Source: Candidatus Rifleibacteriota bacterium (GTDB lineage: Bacteria; Muiribacteriota; Ozemobacteria; Ozemobacterales; Ozemobacteraceae). Taken from it: a stretch of DNA of 15,070 bases. The position numbers and the translations under genes were made by a program. The stretch covers positions 1 through 15,070 of the forward strand of contig JBNJGH010000082.1 of NCBI GenBank assembly GCA_051747585.1. Direction: 5' to 3'. Shown piece after piece: positions 8,353 through 15,070 of this stretch; position 1 is the stretch's first letter; each line of letters opens with the position of its first letter. The notes beneath the pieces are model-generated. The model had not been told where the DNA came from and ran no database searches. It saw only the letters and a list, made by a program, of their open reading frames with translations.

Positions 8353-8408
8353 AAAAAACAAGGGGATGCCTCTATGACCATAAATAGTCTTCGAGACAGC
8401 CCCTGTTT
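8353..8408 (-). terminator. Long hairpin with U-tract between rplI and dnaB (intrinsic terminator/attenuator)
   Basis: Minus-strand RNA AAACAGGGGCUGUCUC-GAAGACUAUUUAUGGUCAUA-GAGGCAUCCCCUUGUUUUUU. Two mismatches seen on the + strand are G-U pairs on the minus strand, and a U-run follows the stem. Confidence 0.7.
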
Positions 8409-8438
8409 ATCAAATCAAACAAACAAGCCCATTAAGCC

Positions 8439-8894
8439 TTATTGTTCAACTTCTTCCGGAATTACAACAACTTTAAGCTGTGCGTTCACTTCGCCGGTAA
8501 AGCGAATAGTAATAGGATGTTCGCCAACTTCTTTAATATGGTCAGCAACAACCAGTTTTTTATCTATATCGAGTCCGGCCTGATTTTTAATTTCATTGGC
8601 CAGTTCCTGGCTGGTAACCGAGCCAAAAAGTCTGCCTTTGTCGCCAGATTTTTTAGTTACTTTAAGCACCAGACCTTCAAGTTTGTCGGCCATTTCCTGG
8701 AAAGCATTCTTTTCACGCAACGCCTGGTTTTCCCAGGAAGTTTTCATTAGTTCAAGATGCTTTTTCGCTCCGCTGGTAGCAGGTATGGCAAAATTTCTCG
8801 GGAACAGGAAATTTCTGGCATAACCTTCGGCTACTTTAATTATTTCGCCTTTCCTGCCAACCCGGGGAACATTATTAATCATGAGTACTTCCAT
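8439..8894 (-). CDS. rplI: 50S ribosomal protein L9
   Basis: G-x-x-GEIIKVAEGYARNFLFP and GRLFGSVT motifs, 151 aa, AGGAGG RBS, and canonical position before dnaB. Confidence 0.97.
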   Translation of the reverse strand: MEVLMINNVPRVGRKGEIIKVAEGYARNFLFPRNFAIPATSGAKKHLELMKTSWENQALREKNAFQEMADKLEGLVLKVTKKSGDKGRLFGSVTSQELANEIKNQAGLDIDKKLVVADHIKEVGEHPITIRFTGEVNAQLKVVVIPEEVEQ

Positions 8895-8922
8895 TATTTT
8901 CCTCCTGAAATTTTCTCAATGG

Positions 8923-9924
8923 TCATGAATCATCTGAATCGCCAGATGAGATTATTGCCGATTTTGGTGTGCGAAAGTCAGCCCAGATATCTATTATTCC
9001 GAACCAGACAATCGCCTGAGTAAAAATCAGCGCAAGTAAAGAAAAGCTGACTCTACTGAGCTTGCTTATCTTGTATTTATCAAACATAAAGAACAACAAC
9101 GAAAGACCGGCAATGAAATAAATTATTTTGCTTATGGCTATCATATTTGCCCCAATCGCCCTGAGATTAGAAGCATAAGAAAAGTCTCCGTCGCCTGCCA
9201 CATAGAACAGAACCCATCCGCCAATGAAGAGCCAGATAAAGTTATAATCAAATCTCCACGTCGCAAAAGGCGGGAGAGGGACAAGGCTTAAACTCAATCT
9301 CGGCGCCAGTTTACGAGTATAAATGTAAATAATGGCCAGCGAAATAAGATGCCAGATAAAAATAAAAGTGACAGGAACAAGCTTGATCATAAAGTCAAAA
9401 GTCTGTCTGACACTTTCTTTTACAGCTTCAGCGCTTTCTGGGGTAAGTTCTCCATTTTTTTCCATTTTCTCTACTTTGGTCTCGACAAGCGAAACCTGTT
9501 GAGAAAAATGCTTTTCAACTGACAGCACTTCTTTGTCGGCATTTCCTTCAAGTTTAACCGCAAGGGCCCAACAGAGCGAAGAAAATACAGTAGAAACAAA
9601 TAAAGTAACTGCAATTGCTTTCATGGGAGAATACTTGAGTTTTACAGCTGCCGAGAGCACAGCTGCAGGCACCAATAACAAGGGAATCAGGAAAAAAGCC
9701 AACGACAGATTTCCCATTAACCCGGCTAAGACAACTGTTACAAAAGAGTAAATCAGAAACCAGGTGCCACCCCAGGCAAGCAAAATAATAAAAGCCGGTA
9801 AGCCGGCAAAAGAAAGCATAATTGCGCCAAGAAATGGAATTTGAACAGCAGCAAACAACCCAATAATGGTAAAAACCACCATTAAGGCCAAAATTGCAGT
9901 TCTCGAGCCCATAATTCCGGTCAT
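8923..9924 (-). CDS. DUF2232 / YybS-like integral membrane protein
   Basis: Multi-TM 333-aa protein with PPFATWRF, GLSLLFF and C-terminal GIIDIWADFR, located between rpsR and rplI where YybS/DUF2232 genes typically lie. Confidence 0.85.
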   Translation of the reverse strand: MTGIMGSRTAILALMVVFTIIGLFAAVQIPFLGAIMLSFAGLPAFIILLAWGGTWFLIYSFVTVVLAGLMGNLSLAFFLIPLLLVPAAVLSAAVKLKYSPMKAIAVTLFVSTVFSSLCWALAVKLEGNADKEVLSVEKHFSQQVSLVETKVEKMEKNGELTPESAEAVKESVRQTFDFMIKLVPVTFIFIWHLISLAIIYIYTRKLAPRLSLSLVPLPPFATWRFDYNFIWLFIGGWVLFYVAGDGDFSYASNLRAIGANMIAISKIIYFIAGLSLLFFMFDKYKISKLSRVSFSLLALIFTQAIVWFGIIDIWADFRTPKSAIISSGDSDDS

Positions 9925-9962
9925 TCTAACTTGCTTTCTTTAAATGACTTTCTGTTGTTTTA

Positions 9963-10190
9963 TCAGATATTGCAGAAAGGCAGAAGCGCCATATTTCTTG
10001 CACGCTTGATTGCAGTTGTCAGATGCTTCTGATGAGCAGAGCAGGTGCCTGTAGATCTTCTATTGACGATCTTACCGCGATCATTGATATATCTTCTCAG
10101 GCGAGAAACATCTTTATAATCGATATATTTAACTTTATCTTTGCAAAAATGACATACTTTTCTATGTCTGTGTCTTCTATAGTCACCCAT
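9963..10190 (-). CDS. rpsR: 30S ribosomal protein S18
   Basis: KVCHFC...IDYKD...RGKI..RR.TG.C..HQ..L..AIKRAR..ALLPF, with GGAGG RBS. Confidence 0.98.
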   Translation of the reverse strand: MGDYRRHRHRKVCHFCKDKVKYIDYKDVSRLRRYINDRGKIVNRRSTGTCSAHQKHLTTAIKRARNMALLPFCNI

Positions 10191-10229
10191 TATTTTCCTC
10201 CAAATACTAATTGATCAGGCAAAAGGCTT

Positions 10230-10658
10230 CTAGAACGGAACCTGATCATCGTCACCACCATCATCAGAAAAAGAAGAACCGAAATCATTGGCGAACGAGT
10301 CTGAATCACCACCCTGAGAATCAGAACGACTGCCGAGAAACTGAACATTATCGGCAACTATTTCAGTTACCTGACGTTTCTGACCATCTTGAGTCTCATA
10401 TTTGCGGTTTTGCAGACGACCTTCGACCAATACAGGTCTGCCTTTACTGAGATACTTCTGGCAATTCTCTCCGGAACGACCCCAGACGATAATATTGAAA
10501 AAGTTTACTTCTTTTTTAAAATTACCATCACTAGCACGAAAGTTGCGATTAACAGCAATGCTGAAATTTGCAACTGAGGTACCTTGAGCAGTATGCCTCA
10601 ATTCAGGATCACGGGTGAGATTACCCATTAGAAAAACTTTGTTTAAATTTCCAGCCAT
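10230..10658 (-). CDS. ssb: Single-stranded DNA-binding protein
   Basis: LNKVFLMGNLTRDPELR, LSKGRPVLVEGRLQ and an acidic tail ending DDDQVPF. Confidence 0.98.
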   Translation of the reverse strand: MAGNLNKVFLMGNLTRDPELRHTAQGTSVANFSIAVNRNFRASDGNFKKEVNFFNIIVWGRSGENCQKYLSKGRPVLVEGRLQNRKYETQDGQKRQVTEIVADNVQFLGSRSDSQGGDSDSFANDFGSSFSDDGGDDDQVPF

Positions 10659-10671
10659 AATTAATCCCGAC

Positions 10672-10959
10672 TTATTGTGGACGTAAGTTCGTCATGAAGC
10701 GCAGAATAGTCTGATTGATCAGATAAGTTCTTTCGAGTTGCTTCAGCGCTTCAGGAGTGGCGAGAAAGTTCACATGGACATAATTGCCTTCAGTATGCTT
10801 TTCAACTGGGTAGGCTAATGGGCGCTTGCCCCATTTATCGATTTTCTCGATCTGTCCGCCATGTTTGGTAATGGCCGTTTCGACTTTATTGACGAGGGTA
10901 GAAAGAGATTCTTCATCAATATTGCCTTCGGTAAAAAACAATGTTTCGTAAGGTTTCAC
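10672..10959 (-). CDS. rpsF: 30S ribosomal protein S6
   Basis: MKPYETLF, WGKRPLAYPV, EGNY and ILRFM. GTG start with AGGGAGG upstream; first gene of rpsF-ssb-rpsR. Confidence 0.97.
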   Translation of the reverse strand: MKPYETLFFTEGNIDEESLSTLVNKVETAITKHGGQIEKIDKWGKRPLAYPVEKHTEGNYVHVNFLATPEALKQLERTYLINQTILRFMTNLRPQ

Positions 10960-10969
10960 TATTGGAAAA

Positions 10970-11020
10970 CCTCCCTTCGGTTAGATTTCAGCCCAGGCCA
11001 CATAGGGCGAGAGCAGGGAT
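10970..11020 (-). promoter_or_regulatory. S6:S18 ribosomal protein leader (autoregulatory 5' UTR)
   Basis: Minus-strand RNA AUCCCUGCUCUCGCCCUAUGUGGCCUGGGCUGAAAUCUAACCGAAGGGAGG. The 5' UCCCU can pair with AGGGA of the SD, an unpaired CCG lies just before the SD strand, and there is an inner GCCC/GGGC stem. This matches the known S6:S18-binding motif. Confidence 0.75.
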
Positions 11021-11030
11021 TAGTTTGAAG

Positions 11031-11059
11031 ATGATACCATGTTTCGGGTACAATAGCAA
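11031..11059 (-). promoter_or_regulatory. Sigma70-type promoter of the rpsF operon
   Basis: TTGCTA (11059-11054), 17 bp, TATCAT (11036-11031), with an extended -10 TG. Confidence 0.75.
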
Positions 11060-11095
11060 GAGGCCGGCTCAATGTTTGAACCGGCCTCTTTTTTT
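11058..11095 (-). terminator. Terminator-like hairpin after the molybdoenzyme operon, possibly bidirectional
   Basis: aagaggccgg (11058-11067) / ccggcctctt (11081-11090), extending to a 15-bp stem with one G-U pair on the minus strand. It lies 22 nt past the stop at 11113. The long T-run is on the + side. Confidence 0.75.
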
Positions 11096-11112
11096 CTTGG
11101 TTTTACTACAAA

Positions 11113-13608
11113 CTATTTAGTTGTTTTTTTTCTTTTGCTGCGGGTAGCGGTTTTTCTGGTTTTTGCTTTTCCAGAAGTTTCTTTTTTCAGCTCTTTTATC
11201 GCGGCAAGAACTTTTTCGGAAGTATAAGGAGGTCGGGTAAGCCTTATTCCTACTGCATTTTTTATTGCGTTACCGATTGCAGGCAATGCTCCGTTAATGC
11301 TTATTTCACTGACACTCTTAGCTCCATAAGGCCCTGTTTTTTCATAAGTAGGTACAAGAAATGTTTCAAGTTCAGGCATGTCTTTGGTCGACCAGATTTT
11401 GTAGTTCCCAAAATTTGGATTCAACATGCGACCATTTTCGTCGAAAATATATTCTTCGGTTAGAGCAAAACTTATGGCATTCATTACCGCACCCTGAGTT
11501 TGGCCATCGGCAAGAGTCGGGTTAATAGCAGTACCACAATCAACTCCCGCTACATATTTAAGCAGTTTGACTTCACCGGTTTCGGTATCTACTTCGACTT
11601 CGGCAAAGTGAGCAGAAAACGGCGGTGGTGAAGCATGGCTTATATGACTGCCGATTGCACCAATCTGAAACTGTTCGTGCTCATACATTGCATGAACGCA
11701 GACTTCTCCGAAGGTTACCGAATCTTTTTTGCTTTTGCCATAACAAACAGAATCTTTGATGGTAATATCTGACATTTTTACGCCAAGCATTTTGGCTGCA
11801 ACAGCCTCGATCTGTTCACGAACCTTCTTAGCGGCATTTATCACTGCACCACCCGACAAATAAGTAGTTGAGCTTGCATAAGCACCAACATCGAATGGAG
11901 TCATATCGGTATCTGAACTGTAAACCAACATATCGTCGAGTTTACAACCAAGGGTTTCGGCAGCTATCTGACCAAGAACCGTATCTGACCCTGTGCCCAG
12001 GTCTGTTGCTCCAAGAAGCATGTTAAATGAACCGTCTTCGTTCATTTTTATAAATACCGCTCCCATGTCAATTTCAGGAATAGAGCTTCCCTGCATCAGG
12101 CAACACATGCCCAGACCACGCTTTTTAGTGCCTTTGCCGGGTTTGTTGTATTTCTTTTTCCAGTCTATTTTTTTCATGCCCTCGGTAATACATTTTGAAA
12201 GCCCACAGGAACCGATCGCCATATCGACACCCTCTCGTCCTTCGCCAAGAGCTTTAAAAATAGGTGAAGACTCACCCTCTTTGATGTGGTTTTTCTGCCT
12301 GAATTTTATCGGATCCATACCAATTGCTTCAGCCATTTCGTCCATCTGGCATTCCATGGCATAGGCAGCCTGAGTTGCACCATAGCCTCTATAAGCTCCG
12401 CCAACCGGCAGATTTGTATAGACTGTGTCACCAATAAACTCCATATTATCGGCACGATAAAGAGGCAACACCTTTGAGCCACAGTTGCTTAGAACCGTAA
12501 GAGCGTGGCTGCCATAAGCGCCGGTATTGCTGATAATTTGCATGGAAATTGCTGTAATTGTGCCGTCTTTTTTCACTCCGCTTTTTATTTTACAAACCAT
12601 TGGGTGACGAGTTCTGGAAGAGATAAATTCTTCTGCTCTGGTAAGAGCCCAAATACATGGCCTTCTAGTTCTAAGAGTCACTAAGGCGCACACATCTTCG
12701 AGAAGAACTTCCTGTTTTGTTCCGAAGCCGCCGCCGATTCGCGGTTTGATTACTCTTATTTTTTTAACGGGAATTCCAAGGGTCTGAGCAGTAATTCTTC
12801 TGGCGTGAAAAGGCACCTGAGTCGATGTTCTCAGCACCAGGCGGTCATTTTCATCGAGATATGAAATGCAGGTATGGGGTTCCATTGGACAATGCTGAGC
12901 ATAATGCGGGTAATATTTCTTTTCGAGAACAACATCAGCTTTTTTAAACCCTTTTTTCACATCGCCAACAGCTGTTTCAACGTGGGAACAATGGTTATGT
13001 TTCGGATCAAAGAATATTGGTATTGGTACTCGACAGTCTTTTTCATCGTGAATTACCGGTGCATTTTTATCCATTGCTTTTTCGGGATCAAAAACAGGCT
13101 TAAGCTTTTTATAAGTAACCTTGATTTTACTGCAGCCTTCCCTTGCTGCTTCCGGTGTTTCTGCAGCAACCACTGCAACACGATCGCCAACAAATCGCAC
13201 CTTTTTATCAAGTAAGCAGGTATCGTATGGGGAAGGTTCCGGGAAGCCCTGGCCCGCAGTGGTTCTAGGCACCCGGGGCACATCTTTGTGAGTATAAACA
13301 GCTACAACTCCATCTACTTTTAAAGCTTCGCTGGTATCGATCTTTTTTATTTCAGCATGGGCATGAGGGCTGGTCAGGACCTTTACATGCAGCATATCGG
13401 GGATATCTATATCGGCAACATAAGTCTGTTTACCACAAACCAGACCCATTGCATCTATTTTTGTCAGGCTGTGATTTACCTGCTTAAACTCTTTTGGCCT
13501 TTCAAATTCAAGTGGAGACACAGGAATAGGGGAAACATTTACAGTATTTTTCTTAACAGTCTTTTTGCCGGTAGTTTTTTTAGTTGTTTTCTTGGTAGTT
13601 TTTGCCAT
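11113..13608 (-). CDS. Xanthine dehydrogenase family molybdopterin-binding large subunit (XdhD/YgfN-like)
   Basis: SPHAHA, VRFVGDRVAVVAA, STQVPF, IGGGFGTKQ, AYRGYG, DLGTGSDT, GAYASS, DCGTAINP and GPYGAKSVSE (conserved catalytic Glu). The substrate cannot be assigned. Confidence 0.93.
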   Translation of the reverse strand: MAKTTKKTTKKTTGKKTVKKNTVNVSPIPVSPLEFERPKEFKQVNHSLTKIDAMGLVCGKQTYVADIDIPDMLHVKVLTSPHAHAEIKKIDTSEALKVDGVVAVYTHKDVPRVPRTTAGQGFPEPSPYDTCLLDKKVRFVGDRVAVVAAETPEAAREGCSKIKVTYKKLKPVFDPEKAMDKNAPVIHDEKDCRVPIPIFFDPKHNHCSHVETAVGDVKKGFKKADVVLEKKYYPHYAQHCPMEPHTCISYLDENDRLVLRTSTQVPFHARRITAQTLGIPVKKIRVIKPRIGGGFGTKQEVLLEDVCALVTLRTRRPCIWALTRAEEFISSRTRHPMVCKIKSGVKKDGTITAISMQIISNTGAYGSHALTVLSNCGSKVLPLYRADNMEFIGDTVYTNLPVGGAYRGYGATQAAYAMECQMDEMAEAIGMDPIKFRQKNHIKEGESSPIFKALGEGREGVDMAIGSCGLSKCITEGMKKIDWKKKYNKPGKGTKKRGLGMCCLMQGSSIPEIDMGAVFIKMNEDGSFNMLLGATDLGTGSDTVLGQIAAETLGCKLDDMLVYSSDTDMTPFDVGAYASSTTYLSGGAVINAAKKVREQIEAVAAKMLGVKMSDITIKDSVCYGKSKKDSVTFGEVCVHAMYEHEQFQIGAIGSHISHASPPPFSAHFAEVEVDTETGEVKLLKYVAGVDCGTAINPTLADGQTQGAVMNAISFALTEEYIFDENGRMLNPNFGNYKIWSTKDMPELETFLVPTYEKTGPYGAKSVSEISINGALPAIGNAIKNAVGIRLTRPPYTSEKVLAAIKELKKETSGKAKTRKTATRSKRKKTTK

Positions 13609-14096
13609 TATTTCTTACCTCGCGCAGTCTTTTTTGTTTTACTCATGGTTTTTGCCGCAGACAATACCGCTTCAATTCTTTTAACATAGCCGGTACAGCG
13701 ACAAAGATTGCCGTCAAGAGCATCCTTTACATCTTCTGCAGTTGGCTTCGAATTAGAATCAAGCAAAGCTTTTGCTGCTATCAATGAACCTGGATTACAA
13801 TAACCACACTGGGTCGAGCCTGAATCGACAAAAGCCTGCTGCAAAACATGGGGATTTTCAGGATTTCCCATTCCTTCAGCCGTCAGTATCTCTGCTCCTT
13901 GAGCAAGCCCGGCCAGGGTAATGCAGGAATTTCTGGGTCGACCATCAATCATAACGGCGCAACTTCCACAGCTGCCTTCGCCACATCCAAACTTCACACT
14001 TTTTAATCCTGCCTGACGCAATACATCTACAAGCATTGCATCGGGTTTTATTTCCAAACAATAATCTTTGCCGTTAATTTTTGTTTCAAGTTTCAT
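13608..14096 (-). CDS. Xanthine dehydrogenase family 2x[2Fe-2S] small subunit (CoxS-like)
   Basis: GCGEGSCGSC...NSC and QCGYC...NLCRCTGY. The stop overlaps the next start (TAATG). Confidence 0.95.
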   Translation of the reverse strand: MKLETKINGKDYCLEIKPDAMLVDVLRQAGLKSVKFGCGEGSCGSCAVMIDGRPRNSCITLAGLAQGAEILTAEGMGNPENPHVLQQAFVDSGSTQCGYCNPGSLIAAKALLDSNSKPTAEDVKDALDGNLCRCTGYVKRIEAVLSAAKTMSKTKKTARGKK

Positions 14097-14110
14097 CAGC
14101 GGTGTTCTCC

Positions 14111-14971
14111 TTACTTTTTAGCCTGCTTCAATGCGTCTTCAAGACCTCGTTTTACCAACACTTCCAACACTTCGCGGCGGTATTCGACGCTGGCACGAAA
14201 GTCTTTTCTGATTTCTGCAACCTTGGCAGCTTTAGCAGCGGCTTTTTCTATTACGCCCTTCAATGCCTTTTCTCCTTGTAAAAGCTCTTCAGCTTGATAA
14301 AGTCTTACCGGAGCAATGGTGGCACCATTTACTGCTATACGCGCCTGTTCTATTTTGCCGGCTTTGACAAAAAGTCTAACCGCAACAGTAATAAGAGCAT
14401 AATCGTTTGCAGTCTTAGCAAACTTGGTAAAAGAAACACCGTTTCCTTTGCCATAAACAGGAACTGCGATCTCGGCAATTATCTCGTTTTTCCCGAGAAA
14501 TTTTGAAGGTTTTTCTTTAAGAAGGTTTTCTACCGGAACCGTTCTTTTGGGCTTGCCCTTGCGCAAAACAACTTCGGCATCGAGAACCAGATAAACCACG
14601 GGAAGATCGGACCAGGGGAAAACAGCAGCGAGATTACCGCCTGCGGTTATTGAATTACGCAAAAGAGTTGAGCCAATTTTGCCGGCCGCAGTAGTAAGAA
14701 TCTCACCTGAAGGCCCGGTTAAAACATCGCTTTTATAAATATCTTGGACAGGTGTGGCCGCACCTATTCTATAGGTCAATTTATCTTTTTTGATATAATT
14801 TAGTTCTTTGATGCGACTGATATCGACTAAAGCTTCTATACCACTGTCTTTTCGCAGAACTTCCGAGGTTCCGCCCGCAATTACGACAGCTTTTTCTTTT
14901 TTACTGCCAAGCTGTTTGCAGGCTTCTTCTATGGTTTCGGGGTAATAAAACCGGGTGAGGTTTTTGAGCAT
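14111..14971 (-). CDS. Xanthine dehydrogenase family FAD-binding medium subunit (CoxM/YgfM-like)
   Basis: IAGGT, IGAAT, IGSTLLRNSITAGGNL, SDL and DFRASVEYR, with AAGGAGG RBS. Confidence 0.93.
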   Translation of the reverse strand: MLKNLTRFYYPETIEEACKQLGSKKEKAVVIAGGTSEVLRKDSGIEALVDISRIKELNYIKKDKLTYRIGAATPVQDIYKSDVLTGPSGEILTTAAGKIGSTLLRNSITAGGNLAAVFPWSDLPVVYLVLDAEVVLRKGKPKRTVPVENLLKEKPSKFLGKNEIIAEIAVPVYGKGNGVSFTKFAKTANDYALITVAVRLFVKAGKIEQARIAVNGATIAPVRLYQAEELLQGEKALKGVIEKAAAKAAKVAEIRKDFRASVEYRREVLEVLVKRGLEDALKQAKK

Positions 14972-15021
14972 TCTCGCCCTCCTTTAACTGGTAACTGTGA
15001 ATTATTTTAAAACAGTTTTAT

Positions 15022-15051
15022 ATTATACGAACAGAACGGGTTTTATGCCAG
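15022..15051 (-). promoter_or_regulatory. Probable sigma70-type promoter for the molybdoenzyme operon
   Basis: Perfect TATAAT (15027-15022) with CTGGCA (15051-15046; 4/6 to TTGACA) 18 bp upstream, 50 nt before the ATG. Confidence 0.55.
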
Positions 15052-15070
15052 TTTTTATGAGTATTTTTTG

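Noticed and set aside
8322..8381. 20-aa N-terminal extension of DnaB from ATG 8381
   Set aside because: It runs through the terminator hairpin and has no SD, whereas ATG 8321 has GGAGGT and gives a normal DnaB N-terminus.
13600..13625. Programmed -1 frameshift fusing the Fe-S and Mo subunits
   Set aside because: There is no X XXY YYZ slippery heptamer at the junction, and the SD plus TAATG overlap explains it as translational coupling.
6984..14506. Short plus-strand and alternate-frame ORFs over dnaB, the r-protein genes and the molybdoenzyme genes
   Set aside because: They overlap conserved genes and have no family motifs or independent expression signals.
11113..14971. Selenocysteine recoding, or aerobic CO dehydrogenase identity
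   Set aside because: There is no in-frame TGA in any subunit, and the form I CoxL VAYRCSFR motif is absent.
14995..15015. LexA box (CTGT...ACAG)
   Set aside because: The spacing is 13 nt rather than the 8 nt of the CTGT-N8-ACAG box.

Overview
Chromosomal, largely housekeeping window from a diderm (LpxK-encoding) bacterium, with two convergent gene blocks. Plus strand: the 3' part of a polytopic membrane protein (possibly a GT-C glycosyltransferase), then a ~195-bp nested-palindrome element (MITE-like, with a REP-like doublet at its centre), then a tightly packed envelope operon: tandem double GT4, TuaH-like GT, CsaB-like pyruvyl transferase and lpxK. Minus strand: a three-gene xanthine-dehydrogenase-family molybdoenzyme (FAD, 2Fe-2S and Mo subunits), a terminator-like hairpin, a sigma70 promoter and an S6:S18-type leader, then rpsF-ssb-rpsR-DUF2232-rplI, a long terminator hairpin, and dnaB-PAP2. 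The most unusual signals are the Lys/Thr-rich basic tails on the molybdoenzyme subunits, the nested inverted-repeat element, and the coupling of a pyruvyl transferase to lpxK, which faces a PAP2 phosphatase tail-to-tail. No CRISPR array, tRNA, rRNA, transposase or intein was seen. All calls come from motif recognition by eye; no searches were run.
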